A stretch of DNA of 61,754 nucleotides, filler included, from Chiloscyllium plagiosum (Eukaryota), in assembly GCF_004010195.1 (NCBI RefSeq). It is 4 parts of one record of this genome, joined end to end, with 100 filler letters (N's around TTAATTAATTAA, not from the genome) between each part and the next. Parts side by side here need not be neighbours in the genome. Positions count along the whole stretch, not along the records: positions 1 to 28,450 come from NC_057710.1; 3 more parts are not named here. One strand, given 5' to 3'. A program made the position numbers and the translations under genes. Below, one piece after another: positions 1-14,220 of the stretch. Position 1 is the first letter of the stretch, and each line of letters opens with the position of its first letter. The notes under the pieces were generated by a model. It searched no databases, was not told where the DNA came from, and saw only the letters and a program-made list of their open reading frames with translations.

Positions 1-1563
1 CAGCCCTTCACTGTTGCTGCTTTTAAATTGTGGAACACCCTTCCTAACAGCAAGAACACTGTTCATCACCATCATCTCCAAAACAATTGGCCATGGTCAA
101 GAAATCTAGCCCTGTCAAAAAGGCCACATTTCATGTACAAATAAAATAAAATTCACATATATGAATAATCCTGCCCATGAGATAATCACTCAAGCCACAC
201 CCAACCCCACCTTCACCAATTATCAAATATCAATATTCTCGCTTCGGTTTCTTCAGTACTGTGTTGTCTCAACATTGTTAATGGATTTTCTGGGGTAATA
301 GGATAAAAAGCAGTAATCTCCATTCTTTAATTGCAATTTTTGAACATCTTTAAATTTAATATCACTAATTTTGTTTAATTAAATTTTACAGCAGGAGTCA
401 TGTTAAATATCTGAACCTGTCACTCACTTGTCAAGCCTGACATATGTGAATTTTATTTTATTTGTTCATGAAATGTGGGCTTTGTGACAGGCCTCGATTT
501 ATTGACCATAGCCAATTGTTTTGGAGATGATGGTGATGAACAGTGTTCTTGCTGTTAGGAAGGGTGTTCCACAATTTAAAAGCAGCAACAGTGAAGGGCT
601 GTGTTACAATTCTAAGTCAGGGTTACCTGTGACTTCGATAAGCACTTGTAGGCGGGTGTGTACCCATGTACCTGCTGCCTTTGTTCTTCTTGGTGGTGGA
701 ACTTGTGGGTTTTCTGATCGTTAGAAGAGTCCAGATTTAAATTTTAAAATTCAGAAAAGAAAATATTCAATGTGGTTTCAGCATTTTGTTGGAAGCAATT
801 GTTTAGGTTAAATTATAGCCATCTAAAATGTGGGCTTATTCTAATGAAATTAAGAAGAAACTCGTGTTGCATCTTGACATCAACAACATGAAGGCAGTCA
901 TGTCATTGACTAATGAATATAATTCAGAAAATTCAAGGCTGGTGGGCTGAGAAATGAGAGGAATCCTGTGACTGTTGCAAGAAGGAAATAATGAGAGTAG
1001 ATCGTACAAAAAATGAGATGCATCAACTAATATCCGGTCAGCCTGGGTTAACATTCTGAGGAAAAGTAAAGGTAGTTCAGAGGCTGTGGTGTGGGCAATG
1101 ATCCATGACTCTTAGGATCACTAGAATGAGGTGCAAAAACTAAAAGGGTCGGCGACCTTATAAGAAAGTGGGAACAAGTGTATTTCAGATGGATAGTTAT
1201 GAATCAGTGGGATCGTAATAACTGACAGTGGGAAGCCAATTTTAGAGCTGAAGAGGAGGAGAACCCCGGGAAGGGAAGATGAAACTCTCAGTTGGTGTTT
1301 GAAACAATAACTGAGAGGTTGGAACAGTAGTCAATGAAAATCCCAGGAGTAAGAGAATAAGAAGCAGTAACACCACTGTGTCACCGCTGTAAGAGAAGGC
1401 AAGGACAGAAGGACACCTTGAAACAATGTGTAACATTGAAATAAAACAAATTTCAAGTATTCTTCAAAAGGTTAGATGTTTCCAGAACCCATGTGTTCCC
1501 ATAGCAATATCTTTCTTCAAGATCACATGAGTAGAGTTGAGAATAGTTGCTCAAGGTGAGAAC

Positions 1564-2004
1564 TTGTGGAGGTGCCAGTGTTGGACTGAGGTGGACAAAG
1601 TTAAAAATCTCACAACACCAGTTTATAGTCCAACAGGTTTATTTTGGAAGTACAAGGTTTCAGAGTGCTGCTCCTTCCTTAGGTAGCTAGTGGGATAGGG
1701 TCATATAGTTGCTCAAGGTGAGAACTTGTGGAGGTGCCAGTGTTGGACTGAGGTGGACAAAGTTAAAAATCTCACAACACCAGTTTATAGTCCAACAGGT
1801 TTATTTTGAAGTACAAGGTTTCAGAGTGCTGCTCCTTCATCAGGTAGCTAGTGGGATAGGGTCATATGACAGAATTTATAGTAAAAGTCTGTGTCCTATG
1901 ATCCTGCCCCACTAGCTACCTGTTGAAAGAACAGCGCTCCGAAAGCTAGTGCTTCCAAATAAACCTGTTGGACTATAACCTGGTGTTATGTGATTTTTAA
2001 CTTA
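1564..2004. mobile_element. Fold-back Penelope-like short insertion with internal 162-bp tandem duplication
   Basis: Inverted arms (gttaaaaatc...aacagg...tttc versus gaaagctag...cctgtt...gatttttaac). Flanked by aaggtgagaac at 1553-1563 and 2005-2015. 1543-1704 is repeated at 1705-1865. Confidence 0.7.
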
Positions 2005-2992
2005 AAGGTGAGAACAGGCAGACAAGAGTGATGGTGAATTGGGAACTTGTTGGATTATTCTTCAACAGCGATCAGAAAGCTGGGAGAACTATAATACACC
2101 TAGTTGTAAGAAAGATAATTAATTAACTTTCAGATCCTACATCTATTTAATTAAACAAGCTTCCTCCGATTCCCTTCCCACCCTGAATTCTAAAAAAAGT
2201 TATTTGTTGGAAACCTAAAAGTCAAATTGCCAAACGTTGAATTAATATCTCCTACAATAGTTCTGATCATCATACGTTTGTCATTTTGATTCTAATTTGG
2301 AAAAAATCTATTTACCTACAATTGTCCAAAACTTTCATGCTTCATCAATAGCATGCAGTATGTCCACGGAATTTTAATTTGGGAAATTGTTATATTTTAT
2401 TTAACACAAAAAGTCGAGTTATTACACTTCCGTTGCACTTGACATTTTATATTTTGAAATAACTAAAAATAATGGAGCACAGACAGGGAGTAATCAAACT
2501 GGTCTTTAAAATATAGATTGAATGGTTTCCTCCTGCGTTGCATTACTTTATGCTTAAATACGTATTTAAAACAGTGCAAGAGTTTCTACACCAGGTTAGG
2601 TCAACACAATAAAATTTAATCTAAAGCACACGGTTGTAAGACTAAACCCCATGCGGTTATTTTCTACCTCGGCGACTAGACATGAGATTAAGATGTCATT
2701 GAAATGACATTTATACCATTAATGCTATAAATAGCAGAAATAGCTATCTAAATATCATGGATTTAAAACGCATTTACTTTGATGCAAATTCAGACATGCT
2801 ACTTAAAATTAGATAAATTTTACATTATTGAATAGTTTGATTTGATTTGATTTATAAGCATAGTAAACTGATAAGTTTAGGCCACAGAGAAATTAAAATA
2901 GATTTGTCTAAAAAAAAATTAGTGATTTGATCCTCCCTCAAATTTTTCATCTCCAGGGATCCTAACCTTTTCAGGCTAACTATCTTCAAACT

Positions 2993-3385
2993 TAAAAATC
3001 ACACAACACCAGGTTATAGTCCAACAGATTTATTTGGAAGCACTAGCTTTCGAAGCGCTGCTGCTTCAGGTGATTGTGGAGCAGGATCATATGACACAGA
3101 ATTTATACGAAAGATTACAGTGTCATGAAGCTAAAATGATATATTGAACAAACCTTGATGTTAAGTTAATGTGTAATATTTAATATTACACATTAACTTA
3201 ACATCAAGGTTTGTTCAATATATCATATATCGTTTCAGCTGCCTGACACTGTGAGCTTTTGCTATAAATTCTGTGTCCTATGGTCCTGTTCCACAACCAC
3301 CTGATGAAGGAGCAGTGCTATAACCTGGTGTTGTGTGATTTTTAACTTTGCCCACCCCAGGTCCAACACCAGCTCATCTGAATCA
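2993..3385. mobile_element. Fold-back Penelope-like short insertion with central palindrome
   Basis: Same family as 1564-2004. Inverted arms, flanked by tatcttcaaact (2981-2992) and tatctttaaact (3386-3397). Confidence 0.7.
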
Positions 3386-5233
3386 TATCTTTAAACTACT
3401 CAGCTCTCACACCTTAATGTTGGAATGAGCACTAGTATCACTAACTCTAAATAATCTGAATTGCCAGATATAGCTTTTATTATACACAATCTTGAAGTCA
3501 TTACGTTTTTACATTTTTCATTGGAACTTGATGTTATTAGCGCACTAAGCCTGAATCCTGTGTGCCAAGCATACAGCCCACCTGCTGAAATCAATTCCCA
3601 GGGAACATAAGAGGCAACCCAGCATAACTCTTTCCTTAGGTATCCCCCATCTGCATATTGACATCCTTTCATTCCACTATCCTTAAGCAATGTCACTAAA
3701 ACAAATTCTTGCAAATAAACTTTCCACCGATATAGTGCCTTATCACATCTTCACAGCATACTTTATAGCAAATTGATTGAATGCACTTCAAATATAATGT
3801 TTCTATGCAGGACATTGCATCTTCAATTTAAAATTTGTTGCCTTTTCTTTTTCACCATTCCCTGAGAACAGAAGGTTTAAAATTAGGGTTAAAAGCTAAA
3901 CAAAGTAATGTTCATTCCAGCATATCTAAATGTCCTGTAAATGTAACTTACATCTTTCGTAACGCCATGTTGACTCTACTTGAATGTTTTATGATTTTTA
4001 AAGTGTCTTTCTGGAATTCATTATTAAGGAAATGGTATTATCTTCGTGATAGATATTGGCCAACTGGCTTGTTGTTTCCTGCTTTCCCCAGATTCTAGGG
4101 AATTTTTAAGGATTACATTCCATGGATTCACTATTTCTATAATCACTTCTTTTAAGATTCTGTATTATAGGTCATCAGAACAAGGAACTAATCAACCCGT
4201 AGTCGCATTTATTCTTCAATTCTTTTTCACTGGTGATGAGTAATTATTTCATGTTCCTCCCTACCTCTTGTCCTTAGTGCTTAGAGAAGTTTTGGGCAGG
4301 GTATTGAAACAGGCTTCCTGCTGTGTGAAACCAAGAGTTTGCAGAAAACACATCCTCGCTGGTCATGATAGCCCATAACCATATAGCAATTTAATAGCAT
4401 GAAATGGCTGGAGGGCTGATCAAGGGTGAAACCTACACCTAATCAGATTGGCCAACACCACATGCAGTCCCCAGTTTCTAAGTCCAGGAATCAAGGACCA
4501 GCAGAGGGTTTAGGATCAGAAGTGTGAGTTGAGACCCAGGGTGGGTGGTGTCTTAATGGAGAGACCAAGGAGAAAGGCTACTCTAGGTCTTGGCAATCTG
4601 GTATAAAATTGCAACAAGTCAAGGATAGGTGGGTGGACCTCACAGGATTTTACAGACCTGTCAGTGGAGGACCTCAAAATTCTAGTGTTATCTGTACTCT
4701 ACAATGGTTGAGAACAGCAAATTTCCTCCACATCAGTGAATGATTTAATTAGGTGAGTTAGAAGATTTGTCCATTCTATTGTTTTCAAGTGTGATGTGGC
4801 TACAAATTTTGTTTTTTTATAAATGGCAATTTATGTTTTATTCAAATTTTAGCTTGAATGTTCAAACTTTGAATATCTTTTCAATGTCAGTAAATTCTGG
4901 ATGGTTCAATGTAACTTGGTATTTTGTTTAAATGCAGAAGTTATTTTTCATATTATATATAATAATTTATATATATTTTCAGATACTACATTTATAAAGG
5001 ATACATTTTAGTTGTACTGGTTGGAAAGGCTTTAGACTTTGTACTGGATGAGTGGTAATGGTTGATAAAATGGTGTGAATCTGACTTGTGTGGTGAAGAA
5101 CTGTCAGATCTGCATTTAAATTTCAATTTATAATGCATTAAATATATTCTATTTTCACAACCAGCCAAAAAATAATATGGACATTTTTCCCTAAAGCATT
5201 TCAATTAATTGTAATTCTCTCTTTCCTGAAAAG

Positions 5234-5325
5234 CTTAAGTGAACGAGCTCAACTTTTAAAGAATGTTTTTCGGAAGAATACTTTCAATCTACACCGTTCT
5301 GATTCTTTCCAACAGAGTTCATTAC
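5234..5325 (+). CDS. ATP8A1: ATP8A1 (P4-ATPase phospholipid flippase), penultimate coding exon
   Basis: Acceptor ...ctttcctgaaaag|, donor |gtaagt at 5326. Translates (S)LSERAQLLKNVFRKNTFNLHRSDSFQQSSL(H), matching the recalled vertebrate ATP8A1 tail SLTERAQLLKNVFKKNHVNLYRSESLQQNLL. Confidence 0.95.
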
Positions 5326-5881
5326 GTAAGTATCTTTTTCCCAAGTGTGTTCATTTGACAACCTTTTTTCCCATGGTTTAGTAATTATGGTTAAATCCTT
5401 GTGTTTCCGGTTAACTCTTTAGATGATTCTGTTATGCTCCTGTTTTCACCCTGCCCTTTCACAGTAACTGCTCATAGAACAAGTACATATGTAATGCTAT
5501 AAACTCCTTCGTCATATCTGATCTGGGTGTACGTGTGTGGAAACATGTCCTTGGCTAAAACACCATCTGTTTTTTTGTGTCTCCAAATGTTCTTAGCCAA
5601 CAGTTTGGTTGGAAGCTAATGAGACTGATCACAAGTATTGATAAGGGGGACCATTCACCGCCATTGAGAAACTCATCCATTGTTTTAAAAAATGGTGTCA
5701 GCATCACAATTGTTGCACTTCTGGAAGATCCCTCTTGAACATTTAGTACCTAATTGCATTATACTTTATTTAAAGATTGAAATTAATTAATTTTGACAAT
5801 ATAATGACAAGTTGTTTCATGATTCATTCTTCTGTAACTTGATGAGTTTTGTGATGAGCCACTTTATTCTTGTTTTCATAG

Positions 5882-5979
5882 ATGGTTATGCCTTTTCCCA
5901 AGATGAGAATGGTATTGTGTCCCAGTCTGAAGTGGTCAGGGCCTATGACACCACCAAACAAAGACCAGATGATTGGTAA
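5882..5979 (+). CDS. ATP8A1: ATP8A1 last coding exon (to TAA stop)
   Basis: Acceptor ttgttttcatag|, in phase with the previous exon. Encodes (H)[31 protein letters not shown], with the GYAFS regulatory motif and a C-terminus nearly identical to mammalian ATP8A1. Confidence 0.97.
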
Positions 5980-8900
5980 ACATTTAATACATGGACTGCA
6001 AACAAGTGCTTTCACTAAGAGTGTGACATTGGACTTCAAACATTACAGATCTAAGTTTTAGATATGTAGCTGTAAAGATCTGCAAAGACCCAAATAAGTT
6101 GGTCTTTGTATGTTTCATGAAGGGGAAAAGTGCTAATCACTTTTGTTGTGTATTAAACAGACATGAACACTGTGCAGATCAATGTTATCATAAACTCACT
6201 CTTTTAGAATATCAACACCTTAAAATACACACTAACCACAAGGTTGCCAGAACTTGAAATTTGTCATTGGTATACCTGTTTTTTGACATGTTTGTTTTAA
6301 AAATACAAACATATAGACATGAGTAATGTTTTGATTTTCAACCCTGCTCAGTGTGAACATTGTAGAAAATTGAGTACCACTTCCTAAATTTTCCTGTTTA
6401 TCATAAACTGTGACTTTTACCAATTAAACCCTGTTTTTTGATAGATTACTACTGATTTGAAGTGATGCACCTATTTGTGAACAGTATCTATATAAGTGTA
6501 GCATAACAATTCTGTAATATATTTTAATGTTCAAGTCACTGAATAGGAATCTGTTAAAAATGCTAAAATATATCTTAATAATGCAGTATTAAACTTGATA
6601 CTAATACTCCCCTTCTGGTTGCCAAATCTTCTATTTGCCAAATTTAAAACTCTGCATGAGCCTTATTCAATAGTTTTCTAATCACTTCAGTTGATAGAAT
6701 TTGACATTAGCCCAATTCTCCAGAGTATTGTCAAAGGGCCGAAACAAATTTCAAGTCCCATTTGTAACTTTCCTGCTTCAGTTTTTCTGAAGTGTATTTT
6801 GCACATGCACTGGCACTGACTTGTTCAAAATTGCCTCTTGGCAATTGCTTCATGATTTGTGTATTTCACAGGCCGTGACTTTGGATATGCTTTACTCATT
6901 GCCCAATATTTGACTTAATTTTCAGAATGAAGCAATGTAGTGTGTTTTCTGTGAGAGGCTACATCTCCTACAGTACAAGCTTGTGAATTTAGTGATTTTT
7001 TAAAATGATTTAACATTCAACAAACATTTCAATACAAATGTGAGGGTTCTCCTTGCCCCACTCCACCATTTTTTGCACACATTTTACCATGGGTCTAAAA
7101 TATGCTGTGATTAAATAATAAAATGAAGGTTTGTTTTCCTGACTACCATCTCTTAAAAGGTTAGTTCAAGTTTGTTTTGTGTGAACTTTGTTCAGGTTAT
7201 TTAATTACGTGTGTAAATGTGCCAATTTGAATAACATTTTAATTCCAACCTATTTTCTGGTGAATGTGAGCTAAATTTGTTTGCTGTATATGAAATTTCC
7301 ATGATTTAGTCAGCAATACTGGTGAATTGTGCCAAGCAATTTGGTTCGCATTATTACTTTTAAAAAAAAAACTGCCATTTTTACAAAATCAGTACAGTAA
7401 TTTCCTTTCTATTACATGTTGAATTAAATTTACCTTGTATTGAGTGTATAATTCTGTGGTTGTCACAATTTATGCAGCGCTGACAACAGAAACTTGGATG
7501 TGACCTCGCTATAGAACCTTAAGTATTTACTTCATAGAGGAGCATCCTTTACAGTAGTGTGTGTTTTATGCATTAAACTGCCTTGATTGCAAAGCATAAC
7601 CCAGATTTTAAAAATATTGTGTCAACATTCCATTCAATCTGATCTTTAGTGCATCCTTATTTATGCGAATTTTTGTATCACTAATGTGAACAATAGTTTA
7701 ATGGTTAATTTTTATCATTGAGTATTTGCCACAGAACATCTAGATTTGGCTGAGTATTGGCTATGAAACTGAACTTCAGCAAACAACAGGACATAACACA
7801 AAACAGTGTAATCAGCACAGTTGTAATATTCCATCCTCTCCAGTAACTTAAAGGCAAATTTTGCCTTTACATTATATTTTCCAGAAAAAAAGCAAACCAC
7901 TGTTAGAGATTATGATTTTAAAAATTATAAAAGGAGTAGCAAATAAAAATCCACAAGTGTTTGAGAACACAAACCAGTTACTATCATCCTTTGATTTGCA
8001 GCTTGCTGTGCCCATGTGCTTTCTCTATATGCAACATGTTCTGTGTTTGTCAAAATTCTTGAATGAATGTCATAGCTCTAACTACGTGATTACTTTGTGG
8101 TGTCTTTTAATCAATGATAGCTGTCGTCTTCCTCCGATATGTGAGGCTGACTGTGGTGTACTTGATTGTCCTGTCTGTATTCTTGTCTAACTGCATGAGA
8201 TCAAGTGTTACATGTAACATTGTTACTGCATGACTAATTTTCTGATCTTGCAGCACATCTTCTGCAAGGTTAGAGACAAATGAAACAGATTAATGGAAGG
8301 TAACATCATGCAGCAGTTTATGATGGGCAAAAAAAATTGTTTCCTGACCAATCATTGTGTATGTCCTGCATTTTGGAATAAAAATCTTTAATATAAATGA
8401 ATGACAGCTTTAAATTATTTTGTAAGTTTGTAATTCACACTGACATATCCGTGTCCATTTGGTTCTGTGAAAGGTTGTATCCAAATAGGCTATGTATGGA
8501 ATGTGTACTTTGCTTTACTAGACTTAAGACAACAGAATAAAAACAGATGTGAAGATTTTGATACTTTTTAAATGATTGAACATGACTACTTCAAAATAAG
8601 AAATCAAATTTGAAAAGAATTTGCCTTGATTGTCTTGTTCAGTGTGACAACAAAGTAAAATATTTAATGCATGTTTGCTCCATTAGTAATATGGTAACAA
8701 AATTTGCTTTCCATTGTTGCCAGTCTTGCATAGTATTTAAAATCAATCTAATTCAATGATGGAATTTGACTTGAATGTCATGTAAAGATGAACATATTCT
8801 GTACACTGGATCAGGATTTTTCTGTCGAAATTTCCAGAATGTTGATTGAATTTCCCTGTAGTATGGTTTTGCACTGCATGAATGGTGACCTTCAAAATCA

Positions 8901-9110
8901 ATGTTCATTGTACATCTCAGGTTTGTATCTAAGTTACTGTATGGAAATGCACTGTTTTATATTTTGTTGTAAATCTTCAGTACTTTTTTTTTTAGTCTGT
9001 CACTTGCCATTGACTCTTGTAAATTGCATGGTGGCAGTTGCAGTCCTTCAATGTTTTGTCTTTTGGTTGTCATAAGGATCACATAATAAAACTAAATTTA
9101 CAAACCCTGA
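5980..9110 (+). other. ATP8A1: Probable ~3.1-kb ATP8A1 3' UTR
   Basis: AT-rich, free of recognisable transposons. AATAAA at 8377-8382 and 9085-9090, the latter followed by a GT/T-rich tract (~9113-9136). Repeats resume at ~9366. The end point is inferred. Confidence 0.6.
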
Positions 9111-9365
9111 CCATTTATGTTTTCATGTTTTGTTTTAGCACTTATACAGCTAATTTCACATACTGCCAGGAAAGAATTACAAAAAGCAATTTATGTTAAC
9201 TGTGAGGGGGTAGGTGGCATCAGCAGTTCAATACAAAGAAATGCGAAGTAGGTAAAGGAAAAAAGTAAGCAAACACTAAATGATTGCGATCACCAAGAAT
9301 AGGGAAACACAAAGATCCATCTATCTTTGGATTGCAGGAAGTAGATGTTATCAATGACAAACAGA

Positions 9366-10936
9366 CCATAAGATAAAGGAGCAAGATTAAGCCATTCGGC
9401 CCTTCTAGTCTGCTGTGCCATTTCATCATGGCTTAAATGTTTCTCAGCCCCATTCTTTTCTCTCCATGTAACCTTTGATCCCATTACTAATCAAGAGCCT
9501 TTCTATCTCAGTTTTAAAGAGATATACTCAATAACTTGGCCTGTACGGTTCTCTGTGACAGTGCGTTCACAAATTCACCACCCTCTGGTTGAAGAAGTTC
9601 TACCTCCCTTCATTCTGAGTGCTGCCCCTCTCTTACTAGTGGAAATATTTGCTCCACATCCGCTCTATCCAGGCCTCTCAGTATTCTGTAAGTTTCAATG
9701 AGATCCCCCCACCCCACCCCCAATACTTCTAAACTCCATCAAGTACAGACTTTCTTAAAGGAGTCTTCAAACACTCGTCATATGATAAGTCCTTCATGTC
9801 CGGGATCATTCTTGTAAACCCCCTCCAAGCCAGCACATTCTTCCTTAGATACGGGGCCCAAAACTGCTCTCAATGTTCCAAACACAGTCTGACCAGACCC
9901 TTATATAGCTTGAGAGTTATATCCTTGCACTTGTATTCCATCCCTCTCAATATCAATGTTAACAGCCATTTGCCTTCCCAACTCCTAAATGACCCTGCAT
10001 GTTAATCTTAAGGAAATCCTGAAATAGAACTCCTAAATCTGTTTGTGCTTCAGATTTTCAATGCCTTTCCCCATTTAGAAAATAATCCAAGCCTCTATTC
10101 TTCCTATGAAAATGTGTAACGTCACACTTACCCCACATTGTTTTCCAATGTGATATATCCTGGGATATATAGATAAATAGATCAAATCCACTAGTTCTCC
10201 CTTGTCTAACTTGCTCATTACCTCCACAAAGAATTCTAACAGATTTGTCAGACATGGCCTCCCCTTTGTGAAGATGTGTTGGACTCCAGCCTATTTTGCC
10301 ATGTACTTGCACGTATTCCCCATTTCATCCTTGATACTGGATTATAAAATCTCCTCAATGACCAAGGTCAGGCTAACCAGCCTATAGTTTCCCATCTTCT
10401 GTCTCCATCCCTTCTTAAACAGAGGTGTTAGATTAGCCATTTTTCAGTCCTCAGGAACCCTCTCTGACGCCAGTGATTCCTGAAAGATCATCACCAATGC
10501 CTCTATGATCTCCTTTATGTCCTTCAGAAGCCATGGGTATAGTCCATCTCATCCAGGTTATTTATCCACCTTCAGACCTTTCACCATCCCCAGCATTTTC
10601 TCCTTCGTGATGGCCACTACACTTACCTTTGACCTCTGACTCTTGAAGTTCTGGTATGCTACTGGTGTCTTCCAGTGTGAAGACTGATGCAAAGAACCAA
10701 ATTCAGTTCCTCTGCCATTTCTTTTGTTTCCATTATTACTTCTGCAGCTTCATTTTCCAGGATTGCAATGTCCACTCATGCCTCTCTTACCTTTTAGATA
10801 TCTAATAAAACTCTTGCAGTCTTCATTTATCATAGCTGGCTTACTCTCCTATTTCATTCCTCTCCTCCCCCCGCGCATTGCTTTTTTAGTTGTTCTCTGC
10901 TGGTTTTTAATGTCTCCCAAGCCTCTGGCTTCCTAC
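9366..10936 (-). mobile_element. Decayed CR1-clade LINE, RT region and 3' end
   Basis: Minus-strand peptide fragments such as GKCDVTHFHRKNRGLDYFLNGERH and the typical CR1 3' tail (GPNGLILLL). Many stops and deletions. Confidence 0.8.
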
Positions 10937-13854
10937 TAAAGGGAGTAGATAGGCAGTTCTGTGGCCGAAAATGGGACTCACGGATGGTTTGTTGCCTCCC
11001 AGGTACTCTGATCAGGGATGTCACTGATCGGCTGCAGAGCATTCTAAAAGGGGAGGGTAAGCAGCCAGTTGTCTTGATGCATATAGGCACCAACGATGTA
11101 AGTAAAAAGCGAGATGAGGTCCTGAAAGCAGAATTCAGGGAGCTAGGAGAGAAGTTAAAAAGGAGGACCTCAAAGTCAGTGATCTCCGGATTACTACCAG
11201 TTGCCACGTGCTAGCCAGCATAGAAATGAAAAAATAGGCAGCATGAACACGTGCATTGAGGGATAGTGAAGGCGGGAGGGGTTCAAATTTGTTGGACATT
11301 GGGACCAGTTCTGGGGAAGGTGGGACTATTACAAAATGGACAGTCTACATTTAAACCGGACTGGAACCAATGTTCTTGGGGGAGTTTTAAACTAATGTGG
11401 CAGGGGGCTGGGAACCAGATGAGAAAACAACTAGACAGCAAGGTGGAAACTGGAGACTGTAAGAATCATATACATAGCATTAATAAGGGGAAGAGTAGGC
11501 AGAGAGCAGATGAACGCAAAAGAACTGGTGGCTTGAAGTGCATCTACTTTAATGCAAGGCGTATAGTGTGTAAGGCAAATGAACTTAGAGCTTGGATTGA
11601 TGCCTGGGAGTATGGTATTATTGCAATCACAGAGACATGTTTGAAGGAAGGGCATGATTGGCAACTAAATGTTCCAGGATATAAATGCTTCAGATAGGAT
11701 AGGGAGGGAAGTAAAAGGGCTGGTGGAGTTGCATTGCTGGTTAGGGATGATATCACAGCTGTACTAAAGGAGGACATTATGGAGGGCTTGAGTAATGAGG
11801 CATTATGGGTGGAGCTGAGAAATAAGAAGGGTGCAGTTACATTGTTGGGGCTGTATTATAAGCCTCCCAACAGTGTGTGTGAGGAAAAAGAACAAATAAG
11901 TAAACTGATTATGGAAAGATGTAGAAGCAACAGGGTGATGGTGATGGGAGATTTTAATTTTCCCAACATTGACTGAGATGCACTTAGCATCAGAGATCTG
12001 GATGGGGTAGAATTTGTAAGAAGCGTTCAGGAGAGTTTTCTAGAGAAGTATGTCAATAGTCTGACGAGGGACAGGGCCATATTGGACCTGGTGTTGGGGA
12101 ATGAGCCAGGCCAAGTGGTAGAAGTTGCAATGGGGGATTTCTTTGAGAACAGTGAGCACAATTCTAAGTTTTATGAAAACTCGTAGACAAAGACGAGAGT
12201 GAACCTAAGGGAAGAGTGCTAAACTGGGCTAAGGTCAATTATATCAAAATTAGGCAGGAGCTGGGAAGCGTGGATTAGACACAGCTATTTGAAGAGAAGT
12301 CCACATTTGATATGTGGGAGGCTTTCAAAGATAGGTTAAAGCTAGTGCTGGATAGGCATGTCTCGTTGAAGGCAAAGGATAGGAAAGGCAAGATTTGCGA
12401 ACTATGGACGACAGGAGAAATCATTCAACTAGCCAAGAGGAAAAAGAAAGCGAACGTAAGGTCTAGGCAGCTAAGAACCGAATGGGTCCTGGAAGAATAT
12501 CAGAAGATTAGGACGAGTCTTAAACAAGGAATCAAGCAGGCTAAAAGGGGTCATGAAATAGCTTTAGCAAGCAGAATTAAGGAGAATCCCAAAGCCTTTT
12601 ATTCATATATAAGAAGCAAGCGAGTAACTAGGTCACTAAAGGATAATGAAGGAAGGCTGTGTGTCGAACCTGAGAGAATGGGTGAGATTCTGAATATTAC
12701 TTTAGAACAATACAGCACAGAACAGGCCCTTCGGCCCACGATGTTGTGCCGAACTTTTGTCCTTTGCATCAGTGTTCACTGAGGAGAGGGACATGATGAA
12801 TGTTAAGATTAGAGGTAGAAGTTTCATTAGTCTGGATCACGTTGACATAAGTAGGGAAGATATGTTGGGTAGGCTAGAGATTATTAAGGTGGACAAATCC
12901 CCAGGACCGGATGGGATCTATCCCAAGTTGCTGAGGGAGGCGAGAGAGGAAATAGCTGGGGCCCTGACAGATATCTTTGTGACATCCTTAAATACAGGTG
13001 AGGTGCTGGAGGGTTGCTCATGTTGTCCCCCTGTACAAGAAGGGTAACTACAGACCAGTGAGCATGACGTCAATGGTGGGAAAGTTGCTGGAGAAGGTAC
13101 TGAGGGATAGATCCATTTATATTTAGGAAAGAATGAGCTTATCAGTGATAGGCAATAAGGTTTTGTGTGGGGGAGATCATGCCTTACCAACTTAATAGAG
13201 TTCTTTAAGGAAGTGACCAAGTTGATAGACGAAAGAAGGGCTGTTGATGTCATATACACTGACTCTAGTAAGGCATTTAATAAGGTTCCCCATGGTAAAC
13301 TGATGGAGAAAGTGAAGTCACATGGTGTGCAGGGTGTTCTAGCTCAATGGATAAAGAACTGGTTGAGCAACAGGAGACAGAGTAGTAGTTGAAGGGAGTT
13401 TCTCAAAATGGAGAAAGGTATGCAGTGGTGTTCCACAGGGGCCACTGTTGCTTGTGATATACATAAAAGATCTGGAAGAGGGCATTGTTGGTCTGATCAA
13501 GTTTGCAGATGACACGAAGATTGGTGGAGTTGCAGAAAGCATAAGGGACTGTCAAAGAATACAGGAGAATATAGATAGACTGAAGAGTTGGGCAGAGAAG
13601 TGGCAGATGGAGTTCAATCCAGGCAAATGTGAGGCGATGCATTTTGTCAAGTCTAATTCCAGAGCAAATTGCACAGTGATCGGAAGAGCCTTGGGAAAAG
13701 TTGATGAGCAGAGAGATCTGGGAGTGCAGGTCCATTGTACCCTGAAGGTTGCTGCATCAGTGTAGAATGGGACTAGATTAGGTTAGGATATTTGGTGGGC
13801 ATGGACAAGTTTGACCAAAGGGTCTGTTTCCTTGCTGTACATCTCTGTGATTCT
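10937..13854 (+). mobile_element. Decayed CR1/HER1-like LINE: ORF1 esterase, ORF2 APE endonuclease and RT, 3' tail
   Basis: VCCLPG...HIGTND (SGNH-esterase-like ORF1); LKCIYFNARRI, IIAITET, VMGDFNFPNID (endonuclease); [38 protein letters not shown] (RT). Frameshifted and internally deleted. Confidence 0.9.
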
Positions 13855-14220
13855 GAGTCTGCTCTGCTATTTCTTCATGGCTGATACATTTCTCAACCCC
13901 ATTCTCCTGCTTTCTCACTGTCACCTTGAGCCCTTTACTTACAATCTACTTAGGTCTGTGTTGTTTTTGCAGGTCTTGTCACTAGGGAAGTAGAAAGAAC
14001 TTTAGACTAAATAGTGGAGGCAAGAGATCAAACTTGGGAAGATGTGGCAGATCAAAAAGTAAACTCACGGACAAAGAGAAAGTTATTGCTACAGGAAATG
14101 GTAAACGCACGTTGGTAGGAAGGGATAGAGAGTACAATTTTAAGAGTAAATCAACAAATAGGATTATAAGTTCTACAAAGAATGAAATAATAAGACTGAT
14201 AACTCCCTATCTTAGTGCAC

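Noticed and set aside
1543..1865. Tandem same-strand hammerhead pair able to form an active dimer
   Set aside because: The first core has lost CUGAUGA and both have lost the AGCT palindrome, so the pair is probably inactive.
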